From a virus (Duplodnaviria; Caudoviricetes): a stretch of DNA of 33,262 bases. A program made the translations under genes and the position numbers. The stretch is taken from IMG/VR virus record IMGVR_UViG_3300037483_000150, positions 1 through 33,262 of that record, one strand, 5' to 3'. Positions 1 to 7,498 of this stretch are shown here, one piece after another (positions within the stretch are counted from its first letter, which is position 1; each line of letters begins with the position of its first letter). The notes below the pieces were generated by a model, which saw only the letters and a list, made by a program, of their open reading frames with translations, ran no database searches and had not been told where the DNA came from.

Positions 1-312
1 ATGGGGTTTAATCCGATAAACAGATGGCCTAGTAAAAGTCATCATTTAAGAAATGTAGAAATATCTTTGGAAGTTTCAACTGGTAAAACTTACCGAGAAG
101 TAGCAAAACTATACGGCTTATCATGCGCAAGGGTGGAACAAGTTTATAGGATTTTGGCAGCAAAATTATGCGAAAGAGAATTTAAAATAGAATACATGAT
201 AGCTGTATATGATAAAAATTGGACTCGCCATAAAGATATGCCAAAAATGATTAGGCAATATCATGCTGATTATATTTCATGGATTACAAAAAATAATAAT
301 GGGGAAAAATAA
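1..312 (+). CDS. HTH DNA-binding protein (sigma-70 region 4-like)
   Basis: RNVEISLEVSTGKTYREVAKLYGLSCARVEQV fits the sigma-r4-like HTH pattern. The ORF begins at window base 1 and may be truncated. Confidence 0.5.
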   Translation: MGFNPINRWPSKSHHLRNVEISLEVSTGKTYREVAKLYGLSCARVEQVYRILAAKLCEREFKIEYMIAVYDKNWTRHKDMPKMIRQYHADYISWITKNNNGEK

Positions 313-581
313 TGAGAACATGGACTGTACAAGACGTGATAAACCTGTGTAAGTGGGTAGATGATAGAGGCTTCAAGATTGTGTACTTGCCTCAAGTCGA
401 GCAATGGGGGTTCTATCATGTGGCTAAACCACAGGAAATCAACGGAGGCTTTGAAAAGCTCGTTGACTTAAAACAGCACTTTGTAAAATTAAAAGGAGAT
501 AACGCAAATGTACAAATTGTATCGCAAACAGAGCTTCACGAAGCGTTGGAAAGAGCTGGGATGCTTCCAGTCGTTCACTGA
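312..581 (+). CDS. hypothetical phage protein
   Basis: 89-aa ORF, TAATG-coupled to the upstream gene, GGGG SD. Confidence 0.6.
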   Translation: MRTWTVQDVINLCKWVDDRGFKIVYLPQVEQWGFYHVAKPQEINGGFEKLVDLKQHFVKLKGDNANVQIVSQTELHEALERAGMLPVVH

Positions 582-666
582 GGCGTATGAAACGCTCAAT
601 GCGGTAATGTCTGGCCTACCAACCAAGTATAAACAGACATTCCGCATTGTAGGAGCATACCAATAA
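508..666 (+). CDS. small hypothetical protein (52 aa, MYKLYRKQSFTKRWKELG...), not in ORF track
   Basis: AAGGAG SD about 9 nt before ATG 508. Open to TAA at 664-666. Fills the gap to the next gene. Confidence 0.5.
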   Translation: MYKLYRKQSFTKRWKELGCFQSFTEAYETLNAVMSGLPTKYKQTFRIVGAYQ

Positions 667-677
667 CCACTGGCGCG

Positions 678-1016
678 GTGATTATAACCCTTAAGGAGAG
701 CAAAATGATATGGATAGAGCCTTGTACAGTTTTTTACGCAAGTTTACTAGGTGGAATGATAGGCGCGCTTTCAATGGCCTACGTTTCGCGCATAAACGGT
801 AAAGAATACATTGCGCGCGTTGAGGCATTGTGGAGTGAAGACTTGCAATTGTTACAGCGCAGAATTGAGGATTATGACAAAAGGTGTGAGTGCCGAAGCA
901 AGGAAATAGTGAAAACTTTATCCACAATTTCGGTGAATAAACCTGTAGATAATAATCAAAAGTACAGGAACAATAAGGGTTATAAGCACAGTCGCCATTA
1001 TACCCAAGGGGTTTAA
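678..1016 (+). CDS. hypothetical protein with N-terminal hydrophobic segment and coiled coil; real start probably ATG ~705
   Basis: FYASLLGGMIGALSMAYV hydrophobic stretch. AAGGAG SD lies just upstream of the internal ATG. Confidence 0.5.
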   Translation: MIITLKESKMIWIEPCTVFYASLLGGMIGALSMAYVSRINGKEYIARVEALWSEDLQLLQRRIEDYDKRCECRSKEIVKTLSTISVNKPVDNNQKYRNNKGYKHSRHYTQGV

Positions 1017-1019
1017 ATA

Positions 1020-1136
1020 ATGGGCGAATTTGAAGATATTAAGGGGTATGAAGGGAAATATGGGGTGAATGAAAAAGGCGAAGTCATATCGTATAAACTT
1101 AAAAAGAGAGGTAAAGACGGTGCGTTCTGTAAATAA
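1020..1136 (+). pseudogene. 38-aa NUMOD4-motif peptide, probable remnant of an HNH homing endonuclease
   Basis: Manual translation MGEFEDIKGYEGKYGVNEKGEVISYKLKKRGKDGAFCK* matches the NUMOD4 pattern (DIxGYEGxYxVxxxGxVxS). No HNH domain follows. Confidence 0.6.
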
Positions 1137-1551
1137 AGTTACATTGATTGGAGCAGTAGGACAAGACCCAGAAACGCGATTTACGGCTGCTGGGATGGCC
1201 GTGGCGAGCTTTTCGTTTGCTACCAGTGAAAAGCGTAAGGATAAGGAAGAAGTCACGCAGTGGCATTCCTGTGTGTGTTTTGGGAAGCTCGCGGAGATAG
1301 TCCAGCAATACGTCACCAAAGGCTCGAAATTGTACCTAGACGGGGCGATTCAGTATCAGACATACCAGAAGGACGACCAGACCCGTTACGCGACTAAAAT
1401 CGTGGTTAATGACCTTATTCTGCTATCTGCGCCAAGCGACAATGGCAATCATTCCTCCACTCAGGGCAGACAAACGGCTTCCGGTAGTGGCAAGAAGGCT
1501 GCTGCTCCTCAACCTGCGCAGGACTTTGACGACTCCGAGATCCCATTTTAA
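1120..1551 (+). CDS. ssb: single-stranded DNA-binding protein (start re-assigned to GTG 1120)
   Basis: RSVNKVTLIG..GQDPE.R, T.WH, KGS..Y..G OB-fold motifs and an acidic C-terminal tail DFDDSEIPF. GAGAGG SD precedes GTG 1120. Confidence 0.95.
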   Translation: MRSVNKVTLIGAVGQDPETRFTAAGMAVASFSFATSEKRKDKEEVTQWHSCVCFGKLAEIVQQYVTKGSKLYLDGAIQYQTYQKDDQTRYATKIVVNDLILLSAPSDNGNHSSTQGRQTASGSGKKAAAPQPAQDFDDSEIPF

Positions 1552-1561
1552 TTCCTTCACT

Positions 1562-1592
1562 CAAAGGGGTGTCGATTATGAACATCCCTTTG
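1562..1592. terminator. stem-loop after ssb, candidate (bidirectional) terminator
   Basis: CAAAGGG-GTGT...ACAT-CCCTTTG inverted repeat between convergent transcription units. Confidence 0.45.
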
Positions 1593-1612
1593 GCTATGCT
1601 CTGCTTGACGTG

Positions 1613-1790
1613 AATCTCTAAGGCTTCAACCGGTGAAATACCCTCCACCAAATGACTACGTCATTCTGGTTGGGGCTTCATCCGACCCACTCTAGCATGC
1701 TAGAGCCTTTTGGATGCAACACTGGTACCGACAGTATAGTCACACGGGTTCACATTACAGATATAGCATTTCCTGCCACCACAGTACGGC
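1613..1790 (-). ncRNA. putative TnpB omegaRNA/reRNA-like RNA of element B; predicted guide CGGUUGAAGCCUUAGAGAUU from 1632 leftwards
   Basis: Successive hairpins (TCTGCC..GGCAGG; ACTG..CAGT; CATCC..CTCTAGCATGCTAGAG..GGATG; right-end hairpin) downstream of a promoter. Guide position inferred from TnpB biology. Confidence 0.4.
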
Positions 1791-1888
1791 AGAAATAATA
1801 ACACAAGGAGCTGGGTAAGTGCAAATAAACGCTATCCATCGCCACCCAAACGCTACGCGTTTTGGATGGAGAATTCCGCTTACGTTAA
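1633..1888 (-). mobile_element. non-autonomous IS200/IS605-family mini-element (PATE/MITE-like), element B; left boundary uncertain by a few nt
   Basis: Minus strand: left-end hairpin CCATCCAAAACGC-GTA-GCGTTTGGGTGG (within 1835-1870) and a related right-end hairpin GAAGCCCCAACCAGAATGAC-GTA-GTCATTTGGTGGAGGG followed by TATTTCAC (TCAC = 1636-1633). Both hairpins have a GTA triloop. No credible ORF inside. Confidence 0.6.
1795..1824 (-). promoter_or_regulatory. sigma70-like promoter inside element B
   Basis: TTGCAC-N18-TATTAT with extended -10 TGn on the minus strand. Confidence 0.5.
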
Positions 1889-1895
1889 TGAAAGG

Positions 1896-2600
1896 TTAAA
1901 CAGGATTCTCTTGCATTGCTCCGTTGTCAGTCCTTTTGACATTAATTCCCATGCTCCTTATGGATTCCATTGCTTTCTTTCTTGCTTCGTCCGACTTTGG
2001 CTTGTCTGCTGGATGCGCCTCTGCCTTCTCTGGCAATGCTCTAGGTATTATCTTCAACTCACCATCGATGAACTGCCTTAAAGCAATATCGTAATAGGTT
2101 TTGAATGTCTTTTTAGCGTTATCAATTTTCATTTCCCTATAGGTTGATGGGCATATTTGACCTATTGCGTGCCGGATAACAGCGTCAACACGGTCATCAT
2201 TGTGCCTATAATCTGAAAACTGAATATTCATTTTGATTGAGATTAAATAGGCTTCCTCTGTTGATGGAAAACCCAAATCTTGAGGGGATGGTTTACACCA
2301 TGCTATAAACTCACCGGGCGTAGGAACAAAGGGCTTTTCCATCAAATAACATTTGTTTAAAGCATGCTGTAGCTGCTCGATTCGGTTTATGCCAGATAAC
2401 ACAAACGCTTTTAACCATGTCTTTTTAGCTTGGTTATAGGTTTCCGTGTCAGGCCATGCTTGTTTAAATGCGGTAAAGTTGCTGCGTAGCTCTTTGAATA
2501 GCCAGTTAATGACCTCTGCGCTTTCTTTTGTTGGTAGCTCCATGCGCTCTTTCTCACTCTTAATTTGCGTTAGGTCAATTAAATTTGAGATATGCTTCAT
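1896..2600 (-). CDS. lambda P-like replication protein (helicase loader)
   Basis: IN.LF..L...F.A..QAWP, K..W..AF...GI....Q and PF.P.PGEFI.WC motifs. Lies directly downstream of the O-like gene with ATGA overlap. Confidence 0.85.
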   Translation of the reverse strand: MKHISNLIDLTQIKSEKERMELPTKESAEVINWLFKELRSNFTAFKQAWPDTETYNQAKKTWLKAFVLSGINRIEQLQHALNKCYLMEKPFVPTPGEFIAWCKPSPQDLGFPSTEEAYLISIKMNIQFSDYRHNDDRVDAVIRHAIGQICPSTYREMKIDNAKKTFKTYYDIALRQFIDGELKIIPRALPEKAEAHPADKPKSDEARKKAMESIRSMGINVKRTDNGAMQENPV

Positions 2601-3349
2601 AAGCTCACCCCTTCAATCCATGAGGTGTCTGTATCGTCGTATTCCTGTGATTTAGGTTTGACTACGGCTAACTGAAATACTTTTGGCTTGCTAATTTCAT
2701 CGTTCCATAATTCTTTGCGAAGGTATTTTGGACCATGTGGGTTAAACCCTCTTATCCATTGGTCGTCTTCTGATTTCTGAATCTTAAGTTTTTCAATTAT
2801 CTCTCGTCCTATTTTCTCAAGTCCGTTTTTCTTCCATATTTCTAGCGATTCTTTGCGTTCTTTTTTAGTTGGAAATAACTTCCAAAACTCCTCAAATAAC
2901 ACATAAGGGGTTTTCTTAGATTCTGGGATCTTATCTTCTGGGATCTTTGGGTGTCTCTGGGAGACACTGGGTGGTGTCTCTGGGAGACACTGGGGTGGTG
3001 TCTCTGGGAGACACCCCTCATCTTCGTCTTGAATAATTATTGGTTTCTTTTTGGTGTTCCAAATGTACTTTCCTTTCTTTACTTCGGTATGTTCAATGTA
3101 TCCTTTATCGATAAGAATCTTTGCCATCTTCATGGCGTTACGCCTGTTTATCCCTAATTGCTCACCAAGCCACGCATAGGAAAAGGTTGCGTTTACCTTT
3201 GGATCAGGATTTGATTCCATTTGTTCTATTTGCCCATATAGGCGTAAATGATTAGCATTAAGGTCTAAGTCGTAGAGGATATAAAAGGGTATTACTGCGC
3301 GATAAGGTGTGAATCTTTGCGAGTCGTTGTTGTTATCAGACGGATTCAT
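2597..3349 (-). CDS. replication initiator, lambda O-like (start re-assigned to ATG 3349)
   Basis: N-terminal winged HTH (SYAWLGEQLGINRRNAMKMAKILIDKGYI), internal iterons and C-terminal FEEFWKLFP..K / P....YL....W.DE domain. AGGA SD before ATG 3349. Confidence 0.8.
   Translation of the reverse strand: MNPSDNNNDSQRFTPYRAVIPFYILYDLDLNANHLRLYGQIEQMESNPDPKVNATFSYAWLGEQLGINRRNAMKMAKILIDKGYIEHTEVKKGKYIWNTKKKPIIIQDEDEGCLPETPPQCLPETPPSVSQRHPKIPEDKIPESKKTPYVLFEEFWKLFPTKKERKESLEIWKKNGLEKIGREIIEKLKIQKSEDDQWIRGFNPHGPKYLRKELWNDEISKPKVFQLAVVKPKSQEYDDTDTSWIEGVSL
2921..3014. repeat. putative replication origin: three palindromic iterons plus two short repeats
   Basis: GTGTCTC-TGG-GAGACAC exact at 2951-2967, 2974-2990 and 2998-3014. 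TTCTGGGATCTT at 2921-2932 and 2936-2947. All lie inside the O-like gene, as for the lambda ori. Confidence 0.8.
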
Positions 3350-3538
3350 GGTTATAATTGTCCTAAGAGTTTGGATGCTCGTGCCGTTACTTGCCAAACA
3401 TGGCATCCGGTTGTACCTAGAATAATTAGCTAACTTGGCGGTGAGTAATTATTCAACTTATTTAGTTCCCATGCTGGGGACAATGATTGTAACCAGCAGT
3501 TAACTTTCAGTAATTATGCCTCACAATAGAAATCGAAT

Positions 3539-3829
3539 CTACTTATTCACCTTCCTAAAATACCCAACAGCTTCGATATCAACACTATTTGCACCACGCA
3601 GCACACTGATAAGCCGACTATAAACCAAGTCACAGACTGATTTGTCATGGTGGAAGTAAGAAAACGAGAAATGACTAAATATCTTATACCCATCAATGCG
3701 CCAAACAGGCTCACCAACATCATTGAGAACATGCTCTCCTTCCTCTTCGTATTTAACCCAAAATCCAGTGGTGTCAAATATCCCTTTGTGTAACGCCCTG
3801 CTTCCTTGTAATTCAAATTCAATTATCAT
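3539..3829 (-). CDS. hypothetical phage protein
   Basis: 96-aa ORF in the cro-O-P operon, overlapping the upstream stop. Confidence 0.6.
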   Translation of the reverse strand: MIIEFELQGSRALHKGIFDTTGFWVKYEEEGEHVLNDVGEPVWRIDGYKIFSHFSFSYFHHDKSVCDLVYSRLISVLRGANSVDIEAVGYFRKVNK

Positions 3830-4004
3830 TTAAATCCCCGTAATGTTTTTTCATAAACTCCGTTATCATCACATATAGTTCATTATCAGCAATCATCAGT
3901 TTTTTCTCATTGCAACATAAATAAAAATCAAACCCATCGCTTTCAATGGATGCCTTATGACCATCGCAACTTCTAGTTACTAAAGCTATTCTGCTTGTAT
4001 TCAT
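3819..4004 (-). CDS. hypothetical phage protein
   Basis: 61-aa ORF, ATGA-coupled within the operon. Confidence 0.55.
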   Translation of the reverse strand: MNTSRIALVTRSCDGHKASIESDGFDFYLCCNEKKLMIADNELYVMITEFMKKHYGDLNDN

Positions 4005-4210
4005 TGCGGCACGTCCTCACCCATTTCTCGCACTTGCTCGCAAAGATTTTCTTCGCGCCATTTGTCTTCGCCCTGAATAACAGCCTCGGTTATCGCGTCC
4101 GCAAGCTCACCCATATTGCTGTAATTCAAGCCCTTATCCCTGTACGTTACAAGAACACCCATAACGTGGTTTCGTAAATAAATATCCCTATCTAAAATCG
4201 CCATTATCAT
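4001..4210 (-). CDS. hypothetical phage protein
   Basis: 69-aa ORF, ATGA-coupled to the cro-like gene. Confidence 0.6.
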   Translation of the reverse strand: MIMAILDRDIYLRNHVMGVLVTYRDKGLNYSNMGELADAITEAVIQGEDKWREENLCEQVREMGEDVPQ

Positions 4211-4404
4211 TCCTTCGTTGGTTGAACGTCATCTTCTTTTCGAGCCTTGAAAGCACCTTTGGTCTTGTCCTGAATCAATAATTGCGTAGAGTAAGGAATT
4301 GATCCGCGCTTTCTCCAGTACGTTACGCCACTTTGAGATATTTTAAGCTCGTTGGCAACTGCCATCCACGTACCCAATTTGTCCTTTAATTCTTGTAATG
4401 TCAT
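4207..4404 (-). CDS. Cro-like HTH transcriptional regulator
   Basis: 65 aa, basic, GTWMAVANELKISQSGVTYWRKRGSIP...Q..I...T.G...A pattern. First gene of the operon leading to O/P. Confidence 0.8.
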   Translation of the reverse strand: MTLQELKDKLGTWMAVANELKISQSGVTYWRKRGSIPYSTQLLIQDKTKGAFKARKEDDVQPTKE

Positions 4405-4434
4405 TTGCCCACCTTATTTTGTTGTCAGTATTAG

Positions 4435-4469
4435 TTGACAAATATAATATATAATAGGACAATATGCAA
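4435..4469. promoter_or_regulatory. overlapping divergent sigma70 promoters
   Basis: Plus strand TTGACA(4435)-N17-GACAAT toward the recE-like gene. Minus strand TTGCAT(4469)-N17-TATATT toward cro. Confidence 0.55.
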
Positions 4470-4493
4470 GAACTAAATTAGGAGACAACCGCC

Positions 4494-5318
4494 ATGACAC
4501 AATCGTTGGGAATTTTTGACCTAACTAATGCGCAGTATCACGCGAGCGAAGGATTGTCGCGTTCAGGCTTATGGACGTTTAAGCAATTACCGTACAAATT
4601 TTGGTATGAAAAGATAAGTGGACAATATGAGCCACCAGGCGATAAAGAAGCATTCATTTTAGGTGATGTGGTGCATGCTATGACCTTAGAGCCTGATACC
4701 TTTAACGACCGATACATGGTAATGCCAAACATTGATAAGCGAACTAAATCAGGCAAAGAGCTGTACGCGCAGGTAATGCTTGAAGCTGGCAACAAAACGC
4801 TGGTTAAGCCTGAGACTATGGATTTAGCCCATGATATGAATCGAGCCTTGATGGGTAATTCGACCGTTTGCGACTTGCTGCGCGATGCCAAAATGGAAAA
4901 ATCAATCTACTGGAAGCATGAGGCGACTGGATTAATCTGCAAGGCTAGGCCGGATATATGGCAAGGTCGAATTGTTTCAGACCTTAAAACGACCATAGAC
5001 GCAGGTTTTAGAAGCTTTCAGGCGTCAGCCTATAAGTATGGGTACTTCTTACAGGCTGCTATGCTCTATGAGGCTCTCAAGAGCCTTGGAGAGCCATTCC
5101 ATAATTTCGTTTTTATCTGTATCGAGAAAACAAAGCCACATGCCATCGGATTGTACATGCTCGACGATGATGCGCTACAGTTTGGTATTGATATGTTTCA
5201 CGCATTAATGGAGCGTATCGCAATTTGCTACGATAAAAATGTTTGGCCTGATTATGGGATCAGCAAATTAACCATACCTAAATACGCAACAATTGACGAG
5301 GGATTTGAGAATGAATAA
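4494..5318 (+). CDS. RecE/exonuclease VIII-like PD-(D/E)XK nuclease (DUF3799-type)
   Basis: N..YHA..GLS.S.L, G...H...LEP, IDKRTK.GK, E.SIYW....TG..CKARPD, DLKTT and YGY..QAA.Y-like motifs. Confidence 0.88.
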   Translation: MTQSLGIFDLTNAQYHASEGLSRSGLWTFKQLPYKFWYEKISGQYEPPGDKEAFILGDVVHAMTLEPDTFNDRYMVMPNIDKRTKSGKELYAQVMLEAGNKTLVKPETMDLAHDMNRALMGNSTVCDLLRDAKMEKSIYWKHEATGLICKARPDIWQGRIVSDLKTTIDAGFRSFQASAYKYGYFLQAAMLYEALKSLGEPFHNFVFICIEKTKPHAIGLYMLDDDALQFGIDMFHALMERIAICYDKNVWPDYGISKLTIPKYATIDEGFENE

Positions 5319-5664
5319 AGAAAATACATTTAGTAATTTGGCTGTATGGTGTAAATCATACTATGAAAAAACAAAACTAAAAGTTCATCCTAGTAGTGTT
5401 CCTGTTGAGTTAGTGCTTGAAGACGTTCTTGGATATGTAGCCATTTTATTGGCACATGACAAAGGAATGGCCACGGCCTTTGACGCGCTAAACGTCAGAG
5501 TTAAAGACCTTGAACTTTTGGTTCATCAATTAACGGAGCAATTGGTGACTGAAAATGCGGACAAAGAAATTAGCTCTATTTCTGAAGAGCGTTATGTTCC
5601 TATTGAAATTGATGAAAAATCCGGCATTGTGAAAAGCATAACTACTAAAAAGGTGAAGAAATGA
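5311..5664 (+). CDS. hypothetical protein (start probably ATG 5311)
   Basis: ORF between the exonuclease and the annealing-protein candidate, overlapping both. Confidence 0.6.
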   Translation: MNKENTFSNLAVWCKSYYEKTKLKVHPSSVPVELVLEDVLGYVAILLAHDKGMATAFDALNVRVKDLELLVHQLTEQLVTENADKEISSISEERYVPIEIDEKSGIVKSITTKKVKK

Positions 5665-6530
5665 GCAACGAATTACAAAATATGGGATTTGAAAACAAGC
5701 AACAATCAAACAATTCGATGATGAATGTTTCAGAATCAAGAGCGGTAGCAGAAGTTCAGGCGGCTTATGTGATTGCAAAAAAGTTTCCAAGAGACGAGAA
5801 TGCCTCCTACATGCGCATTATGAAGTCGTGTGAAAGGCCGTTTTTAGCTGAACAGGCTATGTATGCCTACCCTAGAGGCGGTCAATTAGTTACTGGCCCA
5901 TCTATCCGTTTAGCAGAAGAGTTGGCGAGAAGCTGGGGAAATATAGATTGTGGCGTTAGAGAAATAAGTCAGGAAAATGGCATGTCAGTTGCAGAAGCAT
6001 ATGCGATTGATCTTGAAACCAATACGCGAGTGGTTAAAACATTTCATGTTCCTCATAGTAGAGATACTAAGCAGGGAAAGAAGCGATTAACTGATTCAAG
6101 AGATATTTATGAGTTAGTTGCTAACCAAGGCGCGAGGCGTTTGAGGGCGTGTATTTTAGGCGTTGTTCCTGGTGATGTAGTGGACGCAGCAGTTACTAGA
6201 TGTGGCAAGACAATGGAATCAAGTGATATTCCAATGGCCGATCAGATCAGAAAATTGGTCATGGCCTTTGATGAAATCGGAGTTAAAACGGAACACATAG
6301 AGAAGCGGTTAGGCCATAAACTCGATGCTACAATCCCTCAGGAAATCGTTACTTTGAGAGGGATTTATAAGTCTATCAAGGATGGTATGGCAGATAGAAG
6401 CCAGTTTTTTGATATTTCTAGTGTGAAAGGTGAATCAGCGCGAGCTGAGCTACTGGACGCAGTAGGCAAAAATAAAAAGGAACTGGAAATTGAACAACAT
6501 AAAAAAATTGAAGATACAGAAAGCGTTTAG
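5661..6530 (+). CDS. probable single-strand annealing/recombination protein (partner of the RecE-like nuclease)
   Basis: AVAEVQAA..IAKKFPRD, Y.YPRGG..V.GPSIRLAE and DLETN motifs typical of phage proteins next to RecE-like exonucleases. Function inferred from context. Confidence 0.6.
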   Translation: MSNELQNMGFENKQQSNNSMMNVSESRAVAEVQAAYVIAKKFPRDENASYMRIMKSCERPFLAEQAMYAYPRGGQLVTGPSIRLAEELARSWGNIDCGVREISQENGMSVAEAYAIDLETNTRVVKTFHVPHSRDTKQGKKRLTDSRDIYELVANQGARRLRACILGVVPGDVVDAAVTRCGKTMESSDIPMADQIRKLVMAFDEIGVKTEHIEKRLGHKLDATIPQEIVTLRGIYKSIKDGMADRSQFFDISSVKGESARAELLDAVGKNKKELEIEQHKKIEDTESV

Positions 6531-6542
6531 AAAAGACTTTGA

Positions 6543-6600
6543 AAGGGCATTGAAATTGATTGACGATGCCCTTACGTCCGCGCTCTCAAAGTGAGCGCGG
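6543..6600. terminator. tandem stem-loops between convergent genes
   Basis: AAGGGCAT...ATGCCCTT (6543-6573) and CCGCGCTC-N7-GAGCGCGG (6578-6600) followed by TTTGTT. Confidence 0.55.
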
Positions 6601-7155
6601 TTTGTTACGCCATTTCTTGGCAATTCGGTACACAGTAGCTTCACCGATCCCCATTTTTTTAGCTATCCAGACTTTGGAAACTCCGGTTTCCAAATAAGTT
6701 TCAACCGTGTAGACAATTTCAGTAGGCAAAGGCTTTCTGCCTCCGTACTTCCCATTCTCCTTCGCTTTCGCAATTCCTTCTTTCTGCCTCTCAAGCATAA
6801 TTTCACGCTCAAATTCAGCAAACGCGCCCATCATGGTAAGCATAACCTTTCCTGCTGCTGTTCCTGTGTCTATGCCCATCGTAATGATTTGTAAATTGAC
6901 TTTTTTCTCGTTGAGTATATCGACTATGCGGTATAAATCAGGCACTGATCGTGCTAATCTATCCAGCTTGGTGACTATCAGCGTATCGTCCTCTCGAACG
7001 AACGCCAAAGCTTTATCTAGACCATCTCTCTGCTTTACCGCTGATGCGTGTTCTTGAAATATTTCATCACATCCAGCGGCCTTTAAATCCCTTAATTGTG
7101 CCTCAAGTCCTGCTAATTGATCGATGGTCGAAGTACGTGCGTACCCGACCTTCAT
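6586..7155 (-). CDS. small serine recombinase (resolvase/invertase family)
   Basis: N-terminal GYARTST catalytic motif, KLDRLARS, AEFERE...ERQKEGI..AK..G.YGGRKP and C-terminal HTH (IAKKMGIGEATVYR). Confidence 0.95.
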   Translation of the reverse strand: MKVGYARTSTIDQLAGLEAQLRDLKAAGCDEIFQEHASAVKQRDGLDKALAFVREDDTLIVTKLDRLARSVPDLYRIVDILNEKKVNLQIITMGIDTGTAAGKVMLTMMGAFAEFEREIMLERQKEGIAKAKENGKYGGRKPLPTEIVYTVETYLETGVSKVWIAKKMGIGEATVYRIAKKWRNKPRSL

Positions 7156-7176
7156 AATTTACCCCTTAGTGTTTAT

Positions 7177-7498
7177 CAGGCATGGCGTAAAACCTCGGCC
7201 TTCAGGCCGGGGATGTAAGCCAGCGCTCTTGATTTTTTGTTTTTTTCTGTTAACATATTCTTTCCTTAATTGGACTATGGTCAGATAGACCAAAAGTAAA
7301 GCGTGTGGAGAGAATGTGAGACCTGGGGGATATGAGTTGACTCATAGTCGTAAAAATCCCCATTGTGGGATATTTACGGCGAAAACCAAGCTTAAATCCC
7401 CTGGGCAGTCTTGTTGAATCACGAACCCTCCGAAGTGTATTAGATGAAAGTCTATTCACCGTAGGAATCCCCGCCCTAAAGGGCGGGGAGGATGTCAA
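7177..7498 (+). mobile_element. non-autonomous IS200/IS605-family mini-element (PATE/MITE-like), element A
   Basis: Left-end hairpin CCTCGGCC-TTCA-GGCCGGGG (7193-7212) in CATGGCGTAAAA...GATGTAAGCCA context. Right end GGAATCCCCGCCC-TAAA-GGGCGGGGAGGATGTCAA (TCAA 7495-7498). Preceded by TTTAT (7172-7176). No transposase or TnpB ORF. Confidence 0.8.
7229..7256 (+). promoter_or_regulatory. sigma70-like promoter inside element A
   Basis: TTGATT-N16-TAACAT with extended -10 TGn, directly upstream of the structured RNA. Confidence 0.5.

Noticed and set aside
1552-1895. tRNA or tmRNA gene in the structured gap
   Set aside because: No T-loop GTTCRA, D-loop or acceptor-stem/CCA arrangement was found on either strand.
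2951-3014. Palindromic repeats as a mini CRISPR array
   Set aside because: Spacers are only 6-7 bp and near-identical, the repeats are 17 bp and lie in-frame within the initiator gene. Iterons fit better.
7189-7395. AAAACCTCGG (~7189) and GAAAACCAAG (~7381) resembling gix/hix half-sites
   Set aside because: The second half-sites are absent, both are in direct orientation, and both are explained by element A structure.
6586-7498. Serine recombinase plus adjacent IS-like ends as an IS607 element
   Set aside because: IS607 TnpA has an N-terminal HTH and C-terminal catalytic domain. This protein has the reverse (resolvase/invertase) order and lies outside the hairpin ends.
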